A DNA stretch of 64,000 nt from a bacterium (GTDB lineage: Bacteria > Hinthialibacterota > Hinthialibacteria > Hinthialibacterales > Hinthialibacteraceae): the NCBI GenBank assembly GCA_963662285.2, contig CAXXMV010000002.1, positions 1 to 64,000 of the forward strand, written 5' to 3'. Positions 19,703 through 29,820 of the stretch are shown one piece after another; position 1 is the first letter of the stretch, and each line of letters begins with the position of its first letter. The notes below the pieces were generated by a model. That model did not search any database. It was not told the origin of the DNA and was given only the letters and a program-made list of their open reading frames with translations. Made by a program: the position numbers and the translations under genes.

Positions 19703-22150
19703 TTATTCTGGGTCTACAATCTTTATTTCCCGCCATAAAGCATGATCGCTGGCGGCGTTTCCGGATAGTCCAGAATCAACTTCAAAAGTAAAAACCAGAA
19801 CATGCCGCGAGTTTTCTCTCATGGAAATGCGGCGGGTTTTCCATGTAGGATCATCGGGAGAATCTTTCGGACATAGGAAGTCCTCAAACAGAAGGTCGCG
19901 CCGCCCCAAGGCATGGTCGCGCAGGTATACCCTGAATGTTGCGCCATCGCTCTTATTGCGCACCTCAGGACTTAAGCCATAGGTTATTACCAATTCTTTA
20001 TTTAACCCCATCCGCACTGGTGGAAGGTCTACGCTATCCACGCCAAAACCGGGATGCTGCATAACCATCGGCTCTCTTTGTCTGCTGACTTGCACCATTA
20101 GAGTTTCCCGGTAGGCATTATCGCCTTGCAACCGCTTAATCTCAGAAGCCAGCACAGGCGTAAGATCCTCCGCCCACAGGCTTTCATTCATCAAGCGCAT
20201 ATCGCCCAACAGAAGGCTGCCGCGCTGCCAGGATAGAACCAACTGATCAGGCAACACGCCAAGGGGCAGCCAGAATTCCTGCCAGCGTGAACGCTCTTTC
20301 TGAGGAACCGCTTCAATACGGCCCAGAGAATCACCCGCCTGATTTTTTACATCGATGACAATGGGATCAAGATATGGTTTGCTGCGGGCTATGATCCAGC
20401 CATGCAGCCAGCGACGACCGGGTTTGGGGATGGAGCTCAGATCATAGATCAGTGGAGAATCAGCCGGTTTGGCCCGCATTCCGATATGCGATTCATTTAA
20501 ATCATCGACTAAAAGCAATTCCGGCTCTGAATCATTTCGGGATTTTGTCATACCCATTATTGACAAATGAGGTGACCAGAGCGATTCCCACATTTCAATA
20601 TTGGTTTGGCGGTAGACGCAGGAATATGATTTCTGCAAGCGTTTGAATAATTCCGGTGAATATTCAGGAATCAGAGTAACCGAAGAGCGCTTTTTATAAC
20701 CGGAAAGCACCACAAATTCCGGTCGGTGCAGGATCAGAAATTTATGCAGTTTAGATACTTTGACCGATAAATGAGAAAAAGCGGTTTCGCATCTGGCGTA
20801 ATAGGGCAATGGGTCGACCCGGTTTACATATAACAAAGGGCCATCCATCGCCTTACGTTCAAAGGCTGATAAACAATCAGTAGCAGAGGCAATCACTTGA
20901 CCTACTTTTACAGAATCACGCATCGGGGTTCTATTACGCAGTTCAAAAGTGACCGGCGCAGCAAACATAATTGCGCTGGCCAGTAATAAATAGCTGATCC
21001 ATGGCTTAAGACGATCCATCACCAGGGCGAATGAAAGGCAGACCAAGGGAGTGAAGTAAATCAAAGACCAAAGGTGGTTATAAGATGCTCTGGAGAAAAT
21101 AAAAAAATACGAACAACAGAAAAGTAGTAGAACCAGAGACCAGTGATGCAGCATCTGGCGAAAACGGAATTTTATTAATCCATCCAGAAACCAGATAACC
21201 ATTGTTGCGCAGAAAACCGGAGTAACGTATTTTGCCAGGCGCCACCCGATCAAGCCCCACCATTGGGAATCAGCCATAACCGGGGGGATTTTGTAACCGC
21301 TTCCCTCCGCAAGGACGCCCGCTTGCAACTGGGCATGCTGAGTCATTGGCTCCAATAAACCAGCGCAATATAACACCAGAACATATAGACTGGCAGTCGC
21401 CATAGAACAAAGCCACAGAACACATATCACCCGGAAATAATGCTCCCCTCTATCCAAACGCAGCCAGGAAATAAGCAACAAACACATAACAAAGAGCGGA
21501 TAAGGCCAGTCAATTAATGTTCCGCCAATCCCCAGAAAGACCAGCAGCAGCCGCCAACCTCTACTCTCTGAGCAGCTCAGCCGTTCTACGCATACCATAC
21601 TCCAAACAATAAAGGCCAAAACCGGCGTTTCAAAATTTACTATTCTTCCCGCATGGAAAGAGATCGGGGTGACAACTGCGGCGGCCAGGACTCCGATTCG
21701 AGCGTCTGGAGACAGTTTTTGCGTCATAATCCACAAACCAAACATCATTGCGGCGAACGATAAGAGAGGAATTAAGCGCGCCGCAGCTTCCGATTTCCCC
21801 AAAAGCCAATATAGACCGGCGATGGAGAGTTGCAATAACGGGGGATGGGTCGGATGATAGGTTGGTGCGGCCTCAAGATTATTTAATGTTGAAAGGCCAT
21901 AGGTCATGGATAATCCGGGATCTAGATGGCGGCCAGCGACAATTTCCTGAAATCCGGTTTCGAGATAAAGCCAATAAGGATCGCTTATTCTATATAACTG
22001 ACCGCCTAAAGCAAAAAGAAGAATCAATCCAAGAATCACTATGCGCCAAAAGGAGAATTTACTGGATGATAATTCTTTAGATTGATCCCGCAGCAACAAC
22101 GCGAAATATTTCCCCATGCGAAGCAATTTCTCCTTTTTTAAGTATTGCAC
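19703..22150 (-). CDS. GT-C fold (ArnT/PMT-like) glycosyltransferase with long periplasmic beta-sandwich C-terminus
   Basis: HPPL...LLGKSEAAARL motif, more than 10 TM helices, about 400-aa soluble tail (QHP...SDGATFRV...W). Confidence 0.7.
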   Translation of the reverse strand: MQYLKKEKLLRMGKYFALLLRDQSKELSSSKFSFWRIVILGLILLFALGGQLYRISDPYWLYLETGFQEIVAGRHLDPGLSMTYGLSTLNNLEAAPTYHPTHPPLLQLSIAGLYWLLGKSEAAARLIPLLSFAAMMFGLWIMTQKLSPDARIGVLAAAVVTPISFHAGRIVNFETPVLAFIVWSMVCVERLSCSESRGWRLLLVFLGIGGTLIDWPYPLFVMCLLLISWLRLDRGEHYFRVICVLWLCSMATASLYVLVLYCAGLLEPMTQHAQLQAGVLAEGSGYKIPPVMADSQWWGLIGWRLAKYVTPVFCATMVIWFLDGLIKFRFRQMLHHWSLVLLLFCCSYFFIFSRASYNHLWSLIYFTPLVCLSFALVMDRLKPWISYLLLASAIMFAAPVTFELRNRTPMRDSVKVGQVIASATDCLSAFERKAMDGPLLYVNRVDPLPYYARCETAFSHLSVKVSKLHKFLILHRPEFVVLSGYKKRSSVTLIPEYSPELFKRLQKSYSCVYRQTNIEMWESLWSPHLSIMGMTKSRNDSEPELLLVDDLNESHIGMRAKPADSPLIYDLSSIPKPGRRWLHGWIIARSKPYLDPIVIDVKNQAGDSLGRIEAVPQKERSRWQEFWLPLGVLPDQLVLSWQRGSLLLGDMRLMNESLWAEDLTPVLASEIKRLQGDNAYRETLMVQVSRQREPMVMQHPGFGVDSVDLPPVRMGLNKELVITYGLSPEVRNKSDGATFRVYLRDHALGRRDLLFEDFLCPKDSPDDPTWKTRRISMRENSRHVLVFTFEVDSGLSGNAASDHALWREIKIVDPE

Positions 22151-22239
22151 AAAATAATCTATTTTACTGGATGTTTAATCGTGCCCTATTGTACATTATC
22201 TTCAAGGGTTTAACGCCATTTTAGATTCAGCTTTTTTAA

Positions 22240-22269
22240 TTGACAGGTTTGTTATAAAGACAGTAGAAT
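22240..22269 (+). promoter_or_regulatory. Sigma70-like promoter
   Basis: TTGACA N18 TAGAAT, followed by SD AGGAGG before ATG 22337. Confidence 0.55.
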
Positions 22270-22336
22270 TACTTGTAGATTTAATCCAAAAATATTTTAT
22301 AACAATAATTTATCCTATCTCAAGGAGGATATTCCC

Positions 22337-23494
22337 ATGAGTTATCGTAAGAATACTCTAAATAGACGCTCTTTTGTCCAGCTGGGCGCCAGCGCTGGAT
22401 TAACTGCGGGCGCCATGAATGCCTTCAGCGAAGCAAAGAAAACCACCATGAAATACCGTGAATTGGGTCAAACCAAACTTAAGGTCTCTGAAGTAAGCCT
22501 GGGCACCTATGGTTTTAATAATTCAGGATTGTTGGAAGAAGCGCTCGATAAAGGGATTAATCTTATCAACACCTGCGCCGCCTATCAAAATGGAACAGCA
22601 GAGGAAGCCATCGGCAAAGTTATGAAAACCCGGCGCAAGGACGCCATTATATTCACCGGGTGGATATGCAATCCACGAACCAAGAAAGCAGACCTGCTCA
22701 AAAGCCTGGATAACAGCCTGAAACGTTTGAATACCGACTATATAGATATTATCAAAACTCATAATATCGACGATCCGACCTGGCTGGATAATGACGCACA
22801 ATATGAAGCATTCGATGAAGCCAAAAAAGCGGGCAAAGTGGGACACCTGGGACTATCCTGTCACGGTGGAAACATCGATAAGATTATTCTAAAAGGACTC
22901 TCGAAAAAAGCTTTTGAAGTGCTTCAATTCAAATATAATTTCATGGAGCAAACAGTCAGGGATGAGGTTTTCGCAGAAATAAGAAAACAAAAAGTTGGCG
23001 TTATAGTATTTAAAAGCCAAGCGGGAAAACGGGAAAATGAGATCAAAGATATCGAACAAAAAGGCTTATCCCATAATCAGGCCACTGTTCGCTGGTCGCT
23101 TTCAGATCCGAATATCGACAGCGTTTGCGTAACCATCAACACCTTTGCGGATATCCGTGAGTTTCAGGAAGCCGTAATGAAAAAGTTCGGCAGCGCTGAA
23201 GACGCTCATCTAAGAAAATACGCTCAGGCGGTCGAACATGAATATTGCCGTTACTGCTCGACCTGCGAACCTTCATGCCCACATGGAGTTTCAGTCGCTG
23301 ATATTATGAGATATTCCATGTATTTCAAATATTACAAGATGGAAAAAGAAGCTATGCAGCTCTACGCGCAGGTCCCAGCAGAAAAACGCGCCTCGGCATG
23401 CCTGGATTGCCCCGGTCATTGCCTGAACGCCTGCCCCCATCAGCGACTGGTCAAAGACGGACTCATCGAAGCGGAGAAATTATTAGTATGTTAA
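22337..23494 (+). CDS. Tat-exported aldo/keto reductase with C-terminal 4Fe-4S dicluster
   Basis: NRRSFV twin-arginine motif; MKYRELGQT.LKVS, SLKRLNTDYID, GKVGHLGLSCH; CRYCSTCEPSCP and CLDC..HCLNACP. Confidence 0.9.
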   Translation: MSYRKNTLNRRSFVQLGASAGLTAGAMNAFSEAKKTTMKYRELGQTKLKVSEVSLGTYGFNNSGLLEEALDKGINLINTCAAYQNGTAEEAIGKVMKTRRKDAIIFTGWICNPRTKKADLLKSLDNSLKRLNTDYIDIIKTHNIDDPTWLDNDAQYEAFDEAKKAGKVGHLGLSCHGGNIDKIILKGLSKKAFEVLQFKYNFMEQTVRDEVFAEIRKQKVGVIVFKSQAGKRENEIKDIEQKGLSHNQATVRWSLSDPNIDSVCVTINTFADIREFQEAVMKKFGSAEDAHLRKYAQAVEHEYCRYCSTCEPSCPHGVSVADIMRYSMYFKYYKMEKEAMQLYAQVPAEKRASACLDCPGHCLNACPHQRLVKDGLIEAEKLLVC

Positions 23495-24456
23495 AATCAA
23501 ACAGAAAAATTAAATTCATTGCTTGTCTTCTGTTGACTGGCGTACTGATAAGTACGCCGGTTTTATGGTGTGAAGAGAGTTCATCAACCAGCGCTATCCG
23601 CGCCAACCATCTTTTACCTGAGAATGATACGGTCAAAGACTGGAAAATCGTGGAAGGCCCGAAATATTTCAATCCCGAATCGCTATATATCATCGTGAAC
23701 GGCGCCGATACCTTTTACCTTAACTATGGATTCCATGAACTGTCTCATGCAAGATATCAACACAAAGATGATGATACGCTGAACGTAACTATCGATATCT
23801 TCGATCAAAGAGACGTTGATGGAGGTTTTGGCGTCTATTCATCCAGTCGTCATCCAGACGAAGAATTCCGTGAAATTGGAACCCAGGGTTACCGCAACGG
23901 TTCTTTATTAATCGCCTGGCAAGACCGCTATTACATTTCCCTTATGGGAGACGATGAGCGCCCTGAGACCATACATGCTTTGGAGAAATACGCCGAATGG
24001 ATTACAGCGAAAATTCCAGGGGAAAAAGTATATCCAAAATTAACCAATATAATTCCCAAGAAAAACCGCCTGGCTAATACCGAGTTGTACGCATCAAAAG
24101 ATTATCTCGGTTACCGGTTTCTGGATAACACCATAAGCGCAAAGTATTTAGTTGACGCGGCGACCGTTACGCTGTTCGCTTCTGATTGCGGTTCTCCAGA
24201 GAAAGCAAGAACCGTATTCCAACAAACAGCCGAAGCAATCGGACCACAAACTGAAACCACCATTTCATTGGACAAAGCCTCAAAGATACATGCTGCTGAA
24301 GATAAATATCTGGGCAAGATGATCATCCTGCAAAAGAAAAAATACGTATACGGCGTCTTTGATCCGGATAATTTGGCTCAATGGCGTTCACTGCAAATCC
24401 TGTTATCTCAAATCACCCAGAAACCACAGAACAGGTTGTTAAACAAAAAGCAATAA
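23488..24456 (+). CDS. Secreted protein, DUF6599-like
   Basis: Signal peptide from ATG 23488, overlapping the AKR stop; SLYIIVNGADTFYLNYGF..L, IDIFDQ..GFGVYS. This family often follows AKR-FeS genes. Confidence 0.6.
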   Translation: MLKSNRKIKFIACLLLTGVLISTPVLWCEESSSTSAIRANHLLPENDTVKDWKIVEGPKYFNPESLYIIVNGADTFYLNYGFHELSHARYQHKDDDTLNVTIDIFDQRDVDGGFGVYSSSRHPDEEFREIGTQGYRNGSLLIAWQDRYYISLMGDDERPETIHALEKYAEWITAKIPGEKVYPKLTNIIPKKNRLANTELYASKDYLGYRFLDNTISAKYLVDAATVTLFASDCGSPEKARTVFQQTAEAIGPQTETTISLDKASKIHAAEDKYLGKMIILQKKKYVYGVFDPDNLAQWRSLQILLSQITQKPQNRLLNKKQ

Positions 24457-24638
24457 TTCAATCTATATGCCTTGAGATTGGGATTTTATTAAATCCTCTG
24501 TTCTGCATACAAACATAATTATGAGATGACGCAACATAATTAAAGCAAGAAAAATAATATTTATCGTAGCGCAAAGATGTTTTATCACATAAACTATTGA
24601 CAGAATGACATAATAGTTACTAGCGAAAGGGAATCAAC

Positions 24639-25235
24639 ATGCTCCATGTCGTTAATGATTCGACCTATTGGCGGGCTTTTGAAGAGAATAAACTAACCCA
24701 TTCTGTTGCTCATTATTTAATGGCCATAGATCATTTACGCAATGATCTAGGCTACGCCCGTGTTACTGATGTAGCAGGATTAATGAATATATCCCGCGGC
24801 GCCGCTTCACTGGCATTATCCCAGCTGAAAGAAAAAGGATTGGTTAAAGAAGATCCCAACCGGTTTCTACTGCTTTCCCAGGAAGGCGCTGCGCTTGCGA
24901 AAACAGTTGAGCATAATTTTATACTTTTAACCTGTTTTTTTGAGAATGTTTTGGGCATCGATAAAGAAGCCGCCCGTTCAGACGCCTGTAAAATGGAACA
25001 CCTGCTCAGCGAGAAATCCGCAAAATCTTTGATCCGGTTTCTACGCATCCTGTTATCTGACAAAGAATTCATACAACATTTGTCAGATAAAATTGGAAAT
25101 GATGACGAAATTTGCGACGCCGACGCTCCCTGCCCTCTTTGCACTCCAGATGGCGAATGCTTGATGCCGCAAACTGAGAATTTCAAAAGTTGCCCTCTCA
25201 AGGACGCAACTGAAGAGAAAAAAACTGATTCTTGA
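24639..25235 (+). CDS. DtxR/MntR-family metal-dependent regulator with Cys-rich C-terminus
   Basis: HYLMAI, ARVTDVA..M.ISRGAAS..L..L.EKGLV wHTH, FFENVLG...DACKMEHLLS; tail CDADAPCPLC...C. Confidence 0.88.
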   Translation: MLHVVNDSTYWRAFEENKLTHSVAHYLMAIDHLRNDLGYARVTDVAGLMNISRGAASLALSQLKEKGLVKEDPNRFLLLSQEGAALAKTVEHNFILLTCFFENVLGIDKEAARSDACKMEHLLSEKSAKSLIRFLRILLSDKEFIQHLSDKIGNDDEICDADAPCPLCTPDGECLMPQTENFKSCPLKDATEEKKTDS

Positions 25236-25243
25236 GACGCGCC

Positions 25244-26335
25244 CTAATCATCATGTGAGGTATACAAATCCTCATAGATTTTCATGGTTTCCTTAGATAC
25301 TTGCATCCATTCACGAACATTTGAACGAGATAACGGTGGTTTATTGCCGCAATTCATTATTGCATTGACCCATTCATCCACGCTATCCACTGTGGCATAA
25401 ACCGCCGAATCTTGCAGGACTTCGCGGTGTACGGCAATATCTGAAGCGATAATACTGGCCCCGCAGGCTAAAGCCTCGACTGAAGGAAGGTCGAAACCTT
25501 CATAAAGTGAAGGCGCCAGCACCACCTGCGCCCTCCGGTATAAAGCTGGAACCAATTTATCGTTTACATGCCCCAACCATTTAACGCCTGGATTATCCAA
25601 CTGATTACGACCTTCCATCCATCCCACGCGCCCGGCAATCACCAGATCGTCACTAAATCCACGCGACCGGGCAATTTTATAAGCATGGAGCAAGACATCT
25701 AAGTTCTTGCGAGGTTCACGGGTTCCAACAAACAAAAGGTAAGGATTGCTTAAACCATACTGTTCAATAATCGAACCATCGCCTTGCTCTGACCGGGGAT
25801 GAAAGCGGGCGGCATCCACTCCCAAATGAATAGGCGCGATCCATGCAGGAGGATTGGGTAATCCAGATATTTCAGCAGCAACCGCCTGTGAATCGGTAAT
25901 AACCGCCTCCCCCTTACACCAGCCAAGAGGAATTATCCATTGGTAGAAATAACGTTTAATGATGGGGATGGTCTGCGGATAACGCAGGAAAGCCAAATCG
26001 TGAACTGTGACCACCTGGGGAACTGAAACGCGGCGCAATACCGGAGCAATGAAGGCGGGAGAATGTAAAACATCCGGTTTGATAGTCTTTAACCAGCCAG
26101 GCAGACTCCATTGCTCCCATACCAGACGATGAAGCACGGAATAAATAGGGATGCTGTAAAAACGAATCCAATCTGCTTCACGCCATGCTTCTGGAATAGA
26201 GAAATCAGATGGAATCAAAACAGATAAAAAGAAATTTGCCGGACGGGATTTGACAAAGCCGTCTATCAATCCCCAGGCATAGCGCCCGGTTCCACTGCGG
26301 TTAGTGATGCAAAGAGCGTTAAGCGCCGCATGCAT
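25244..26335 (-). CDS. Glycosyltransferase family 4 (mannosyltransferase-like)
   Basis: GTGRY, VVTVHDL, FVGTREPRKNL, PSLYEGFDLPSVEALACG. Confidence 0.92.
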   Translation of the reverse strand: MHAALNALCITNRSGTGRYAWGLIDGFVKSRPANFFLSVLIPSDFSIPEAWREADWIRFYSIPIYSVLHRLVWEQWSLPGWLKTIKPDVLHSPAFIAPVLRRVSVPQVVTVHDLAFLRYPQTIPIIKRYFYQWIIPLGWCKGEAVITDSQAVAAEISGLPNPPAWIAPIHLGVDAARFHPRSEQGDGSIIEQYGLSNPYLLFVGTREPRKNLDVLLHAYKIARSRGFSDDLVIAGRVGWMEGRNQLDNPGVKWLGHVNDKLVPALYRRAQVVLAPSLYEGFDLPSVEALACGASIIASDIAVHREVLQDSAVYATVDSVDEWVNAIMNCGNKPPLSRSNVREWMQVSKETMKIYEDLYTSHDD

Positions 26336-27452
26336 GTTCTAAAACCTCGCGCAAATGCTGATTGAGTTTTTTCGCCATGCGGTCAGCGGAATATTGCTGT
26401 TCTACTTTTACTCTCCCTGCGAGGGATAAACGCCGCTGAAAAGCAATATCCTGTTGAAGCATCAGAATTTTATCGGTTAAATCTTTGACATTCCCCTCAG
26501 AAAATAATATTCCCGCATTTCCGATGACTTCCGGGATGGCGCCGCAATCCGAACCGATAACCGGAGTGCCGCAGGCCATCGATTCCACCAGCATACGTCC
26601 GAATTGCTCCTGCCAATTGGTTTGAGTCTTAGAGGGCAAAACCACTGCATCGCATTGATGATAAAACTCAGGCAACGCTTCATGCGAGCAAGGTTTGATA
26701 AATGCCACCCTTTCATAGACTCCCAGTTCCTGAGCCAGTTTTTCCAACCGATAGCGCGCCGAACCATCACCTGTAATCCGCAGACGAACCTCATCGCCCA
26801 AGTCAATCAATGCCCAGAGGATCGTATCCAGTCCTTTCTCATCAACCAGACGCCCGGCGTAACCAAGGGTAAAGAGTCCCCCGTTATAACGGGGTTCTCG
26901 GTAGGTAAAACGTTCCAGATTCACTGGAGACGGAAGGGTATCCCATAACCGGAAATAACCTTTTTCCTCCATTACCCGGCCAACCTGCGTATTAGAAACC
27001 AGGATGCGGTCGGCGTTTTTGATCACAAAATTTTCCATCCAACCAAAAGGCGGAGGGAAACGCTTGAGGATATCCTGATAAGAAAAGAGAACTACGGGAA
27101 TATTGGGTACGCATCGCTTGCACCAATAGACGCTCAACCAACCCATCAGAGAAAAAGGCTCTTCAACCACGTAAACAATATCGGGTTTGACTTTATTGAA
27201 AACCAGGGGAAGCGCGGGCTGTACAAAAAATGCGCCATGAAACTTAAATAGCGAATGTTCCAGATGCAGCTTAATTGGTTCATCAGGGCCATGTTGAAAA
27301 GATGTCGACCGGGGAAGCGCTTTGCTCCAGCTGCGCACCGAAAGAAGATGCACCCGCCAGTTGTATTGCTTCTGCAAAATCCAGAAGGGCATGCGGTAGG
27401 AGGGAAACAGGGCGCCATGCCAGATTATTAAAACAGTTGGAGATGATGTCAT
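26319..27452 (-). CDS. Glycosyltransferase family 4
   Basis: YAGRLVDEKG, PSKTQTNWQEQFGRMLVESMACGTPVIGS. Confidence 0.92.
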   Translation of the reverse strand: MTSSPTVLIIWHGALFPSYRMPFWILQKQYNWRVHLLSVRSWSKALPRSTSFQHGPDEPIKLHLEHSLFKFHGAFFVQPALPLVFNKVKPDIVYVVEEPFSLMGWLSVYWCKRCVPNIPVVLFSYQDILKRFPPPFGWMENFVIKNADRILVSNTQVGRVMEEKGYFRLWDTLPSPVNLERFTYREPRYNGGLFTLGYAGRLVDEKGLDTILWALIDLGDEVRLRITGDGSARYRLEKLAQELGVYERVAFIKPCSHEALPEFYHQCDAVVLPSKTQTNWQEQFGRMLVESMACGTPVIGSDCGAIPEVIGNAGILFSEGNVKDLTDKILMLQQDIAFQRRLSLAGRVKVEQQYSADRMAKKLNQHLREVLEHACGA

Positions 27453-27702
27453 TAGTTCTACATAAAAATTATGGGATATAGATTCAGTAACTTTCTCTAA
27501 AAGGCGCCATTTATCTTACTGCATCATGCTAATTATAGGCGCCAAACGTCAGATCAACAGCCTTTGCCGCTCACATTATCACTCCTTACATTCGATCATT
27601 TTAGAAATTTATGAAAATCTCTCTACCGGGATAATATGAATACGCCGTCATACGCTATAATAAGTCGATTCATACTAAATTCCACAGTACACCCACAGGA
27701 TT

Positions 27703-29820
27703 ATGAGCATAGAGAAAATCGCAGCAATGACCGCCAGCGCAGAAAGGCGCGCCAAATACGGCGTCACGGATATTCCCTTCGAGTTGGTCGCAGATTTCAC
27801 GCCCAAGGGCGATCAACCCGCCGCCATAGATCAGCTAGTAAAAGGACTCGAAAATAAAGAGAAATTTCAGACGCTGGTTGGCGTAACCGGCAGCGGTAAG
27901 ACCTTCACTATGGCTAACGTCATAGCCCAAGTGAACCGCCCTACATTGATCGTGTCCCATAATAAAGTTCTGGCGGCGCAGTTGTACAGCGAATTCAAAG
28001 AGTTCTTCCCCAATAATGCAGTGGGCTATTTCGTTTCGTATTATGATTTCTATCAACCGGAAGCGTATGTTCCATCAAAAGATATTTATATCGAAAAAGA
28101 AGTCACTATCAACGAAGAAATAGAACGTCTGCGGCTTGAGGCTACCACTAATCTTATGGAGCGCCGGGATGTAATAATCGTGGCTTCGGTTTCGTGCATC
28201 TATGGCCTGGGTTCGCCGGAAGATTACCGCGAAATGGTGTGCCCCATTGAAACCGGCGCCTGTCTTCCGCGTCAAAAATTGCTTCGCCGCCTGGTAGACC
28301 TGCAATACACCCGCAATGATATGGATTTTAATCGAGGCGCCTTCCGCGTCCGTGGAGATGTCGTTGAGGTCTATCCCAGTTATGGAGATCATCCGTTGCG
28401 TATTGAATTGTGGGGCGACGAAGTAGAGCGTATCCTGGAAATTAATCAGATAACTGGTGAAGTGCTTGGCGAACACGGCAATATCACCATCTATCCGGCG
28501 CGGCATTACGTAACGGCGCCGGAACGCCTGCTCAAATCAATGACAACGATTCGCGAAGAGTTGCGCGAACATCTTCAAGCGCTGCGACAGCAAAACAAAC
28601 TGCTCGAAGCCCAACGGCTCGAACAACGCACCATGTATGACCTTGAAATGCTACAGCAAACCGGCATCTGCCAGGGCATCGAGAATTATTCACGCCATCT
28701 CGACGGACGTGCGCCGGGAATGCCGCCCGCAACTCTGATCGATTATTTCCCGGATGATTTTCTGTTAATTGTTGACGAATCACACATAATGCTGCCTCAA
28801 GTACGGGGTATGTATGGCGGCGACCAAAGCCGTAAGAAAACTCTGGTTGAATATGGCTTCCGCCTGCCTTCAGCGCTGGATAACCGCCCACTTTCCTTCG
28901 ATGAGTTTTGGGGCGCCATTAACCAGGCTATTTTCGCCTCAGCCACCCCATCCGATTTTGAACTTGAAAAAAGCAGCGCGCCGATTGAACAGATTATCCG
29001 TCCAACTGGTTTGGTTGATCCAAAAGTTACCATCCGCCCGGCCACCGGCCAGGTCGATGACCTGATAGAAAGAATTCATGATCGCATCAAACGCGGCGAA
29101 CGGACGTTAGTCACAACCCTTACCCGGCGTATGGCGGAGGATTTATCCAATTACCTGGTTGAACTGGGCATCAAGGTGCGCTGGCTCCATTTCCAGGTGG
29201 ATACCATAGAGCGCGCCGAAATTCTTGAAGGTTTACGCTCCGGGGAATTCGACGTTATAGTAGGCGTCAATTTACTGCGCGAGGGACTCGACCTGCCCGA
29301 AGTGTCGTTGGTCGCCATAATTGATGCAGACCGCGAAGGTTTTTTACGCGACGAACGATCTCTGATCCAGACCTGTGGACGCGCGGCGCGTAATGTGGCC
29401 GGCGAAGTTATTATGTACGCTGATAAGCCGACCAAATCGATGGACCGCGCTATAGCAGTGATGGAACGGCGCCGGAAAATTCAGTTGGAATATAACCAAA
29501 AACATGGCATTATTCCCACAACAATCCAAAAAGCAGTTCGATCCATACTCGAAACGCGTTCCTCCAAAAAACGCGAAACCGAAGAGATGCTTTACAAAAT
29601 CGCTGATTCGGTTGAAATGAAGGGCAAAACCAAGAAGGATGCTATCGCCGAATTGAAACGGCGCATGGTGGAAGCGGCCAAAAATCTGGAATTTGAAAAG
29701 GCGGCGGTGTATCGTGATAAAATCGTTGAATTGGAACAAACAGGACAAGATGACAATGAAAAAAAATCGCTCATGCCAAAACGGAAGCCATCCCGCCGAT
29801 CAAAACCGAAGCAGGAATAA
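27703..29820 (+). CDS. uvrB: Excinuclease ABC subunit B
   Basis: [47 protein letters not shown]-terminal UVR domain LEFEKAA..RD. Confidence 0.98.
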   Translation: MSIEKIAAMTASAERRAKYGVTDIPFELVADFTPKGDQPAAIDQLVKGLENKEKFQTLVGVTGSGKTFTMANVIAQVNRPTLIVSHNKVLAAQLYSEFKEFFPNNAVGYFVSYYDFYQPEAYVPSKDIYIEKEVTINEEIERLRLEATTNLMERRDVIIVASVSCIYGLGSPEDYREMVCPIETGACLPRQKLLRRLVDLQYTRNDMDFNRGAFRVRGDVVEVYPSYGDHPLRIELWGDEVERILEINQITGEVLGEHGNITIYPARHYVTAPERLLKSMTTIREELREHLQALRQQNKLLEAQRLEQRTMYDLEMLQQTGICQGIENYSRHLDGRAPGMPPATLIDYFPDDFLLIVDESHIMLPQVRGMYGGDQSRKKTLVEYGFRLPSALDNRPLSFDEFWGAINQAIFASATPSDFELEKSSAPIEQIIRPTGLVDPKVTIRPATGQVDDLIERIHDRIKRGERTLVTTLTRRMAEDLSNYLVELGIKVRWLHFQVDTIERAEILEGLRSGEFDVIVGVNLLREGLDLPEVSLVAIIDADREGFLRDERSLIQTCGRAARNVAGEVIMYADKPTKSMDRAIAVMERRRKIQLEYNQKHGIIPTTIQKAVRSILETRSSKKRETEEMLYKIADSVEMKGKTKKDAIAELKRRMVEAAKNLEFEKAAVYRDKIVELEQTGQDDNEKKSLMPKRKPSRRSKPKQE

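Noticed and set aside
23398-23487. N-terminal extensions in the ORF track (also 17173-17262, 40986-41057, 43959-44030, 52663-52740, 52967-53074)
   Set aside because: They overlap neighbouring genes or precede better SD-supported starts where family homology begins.
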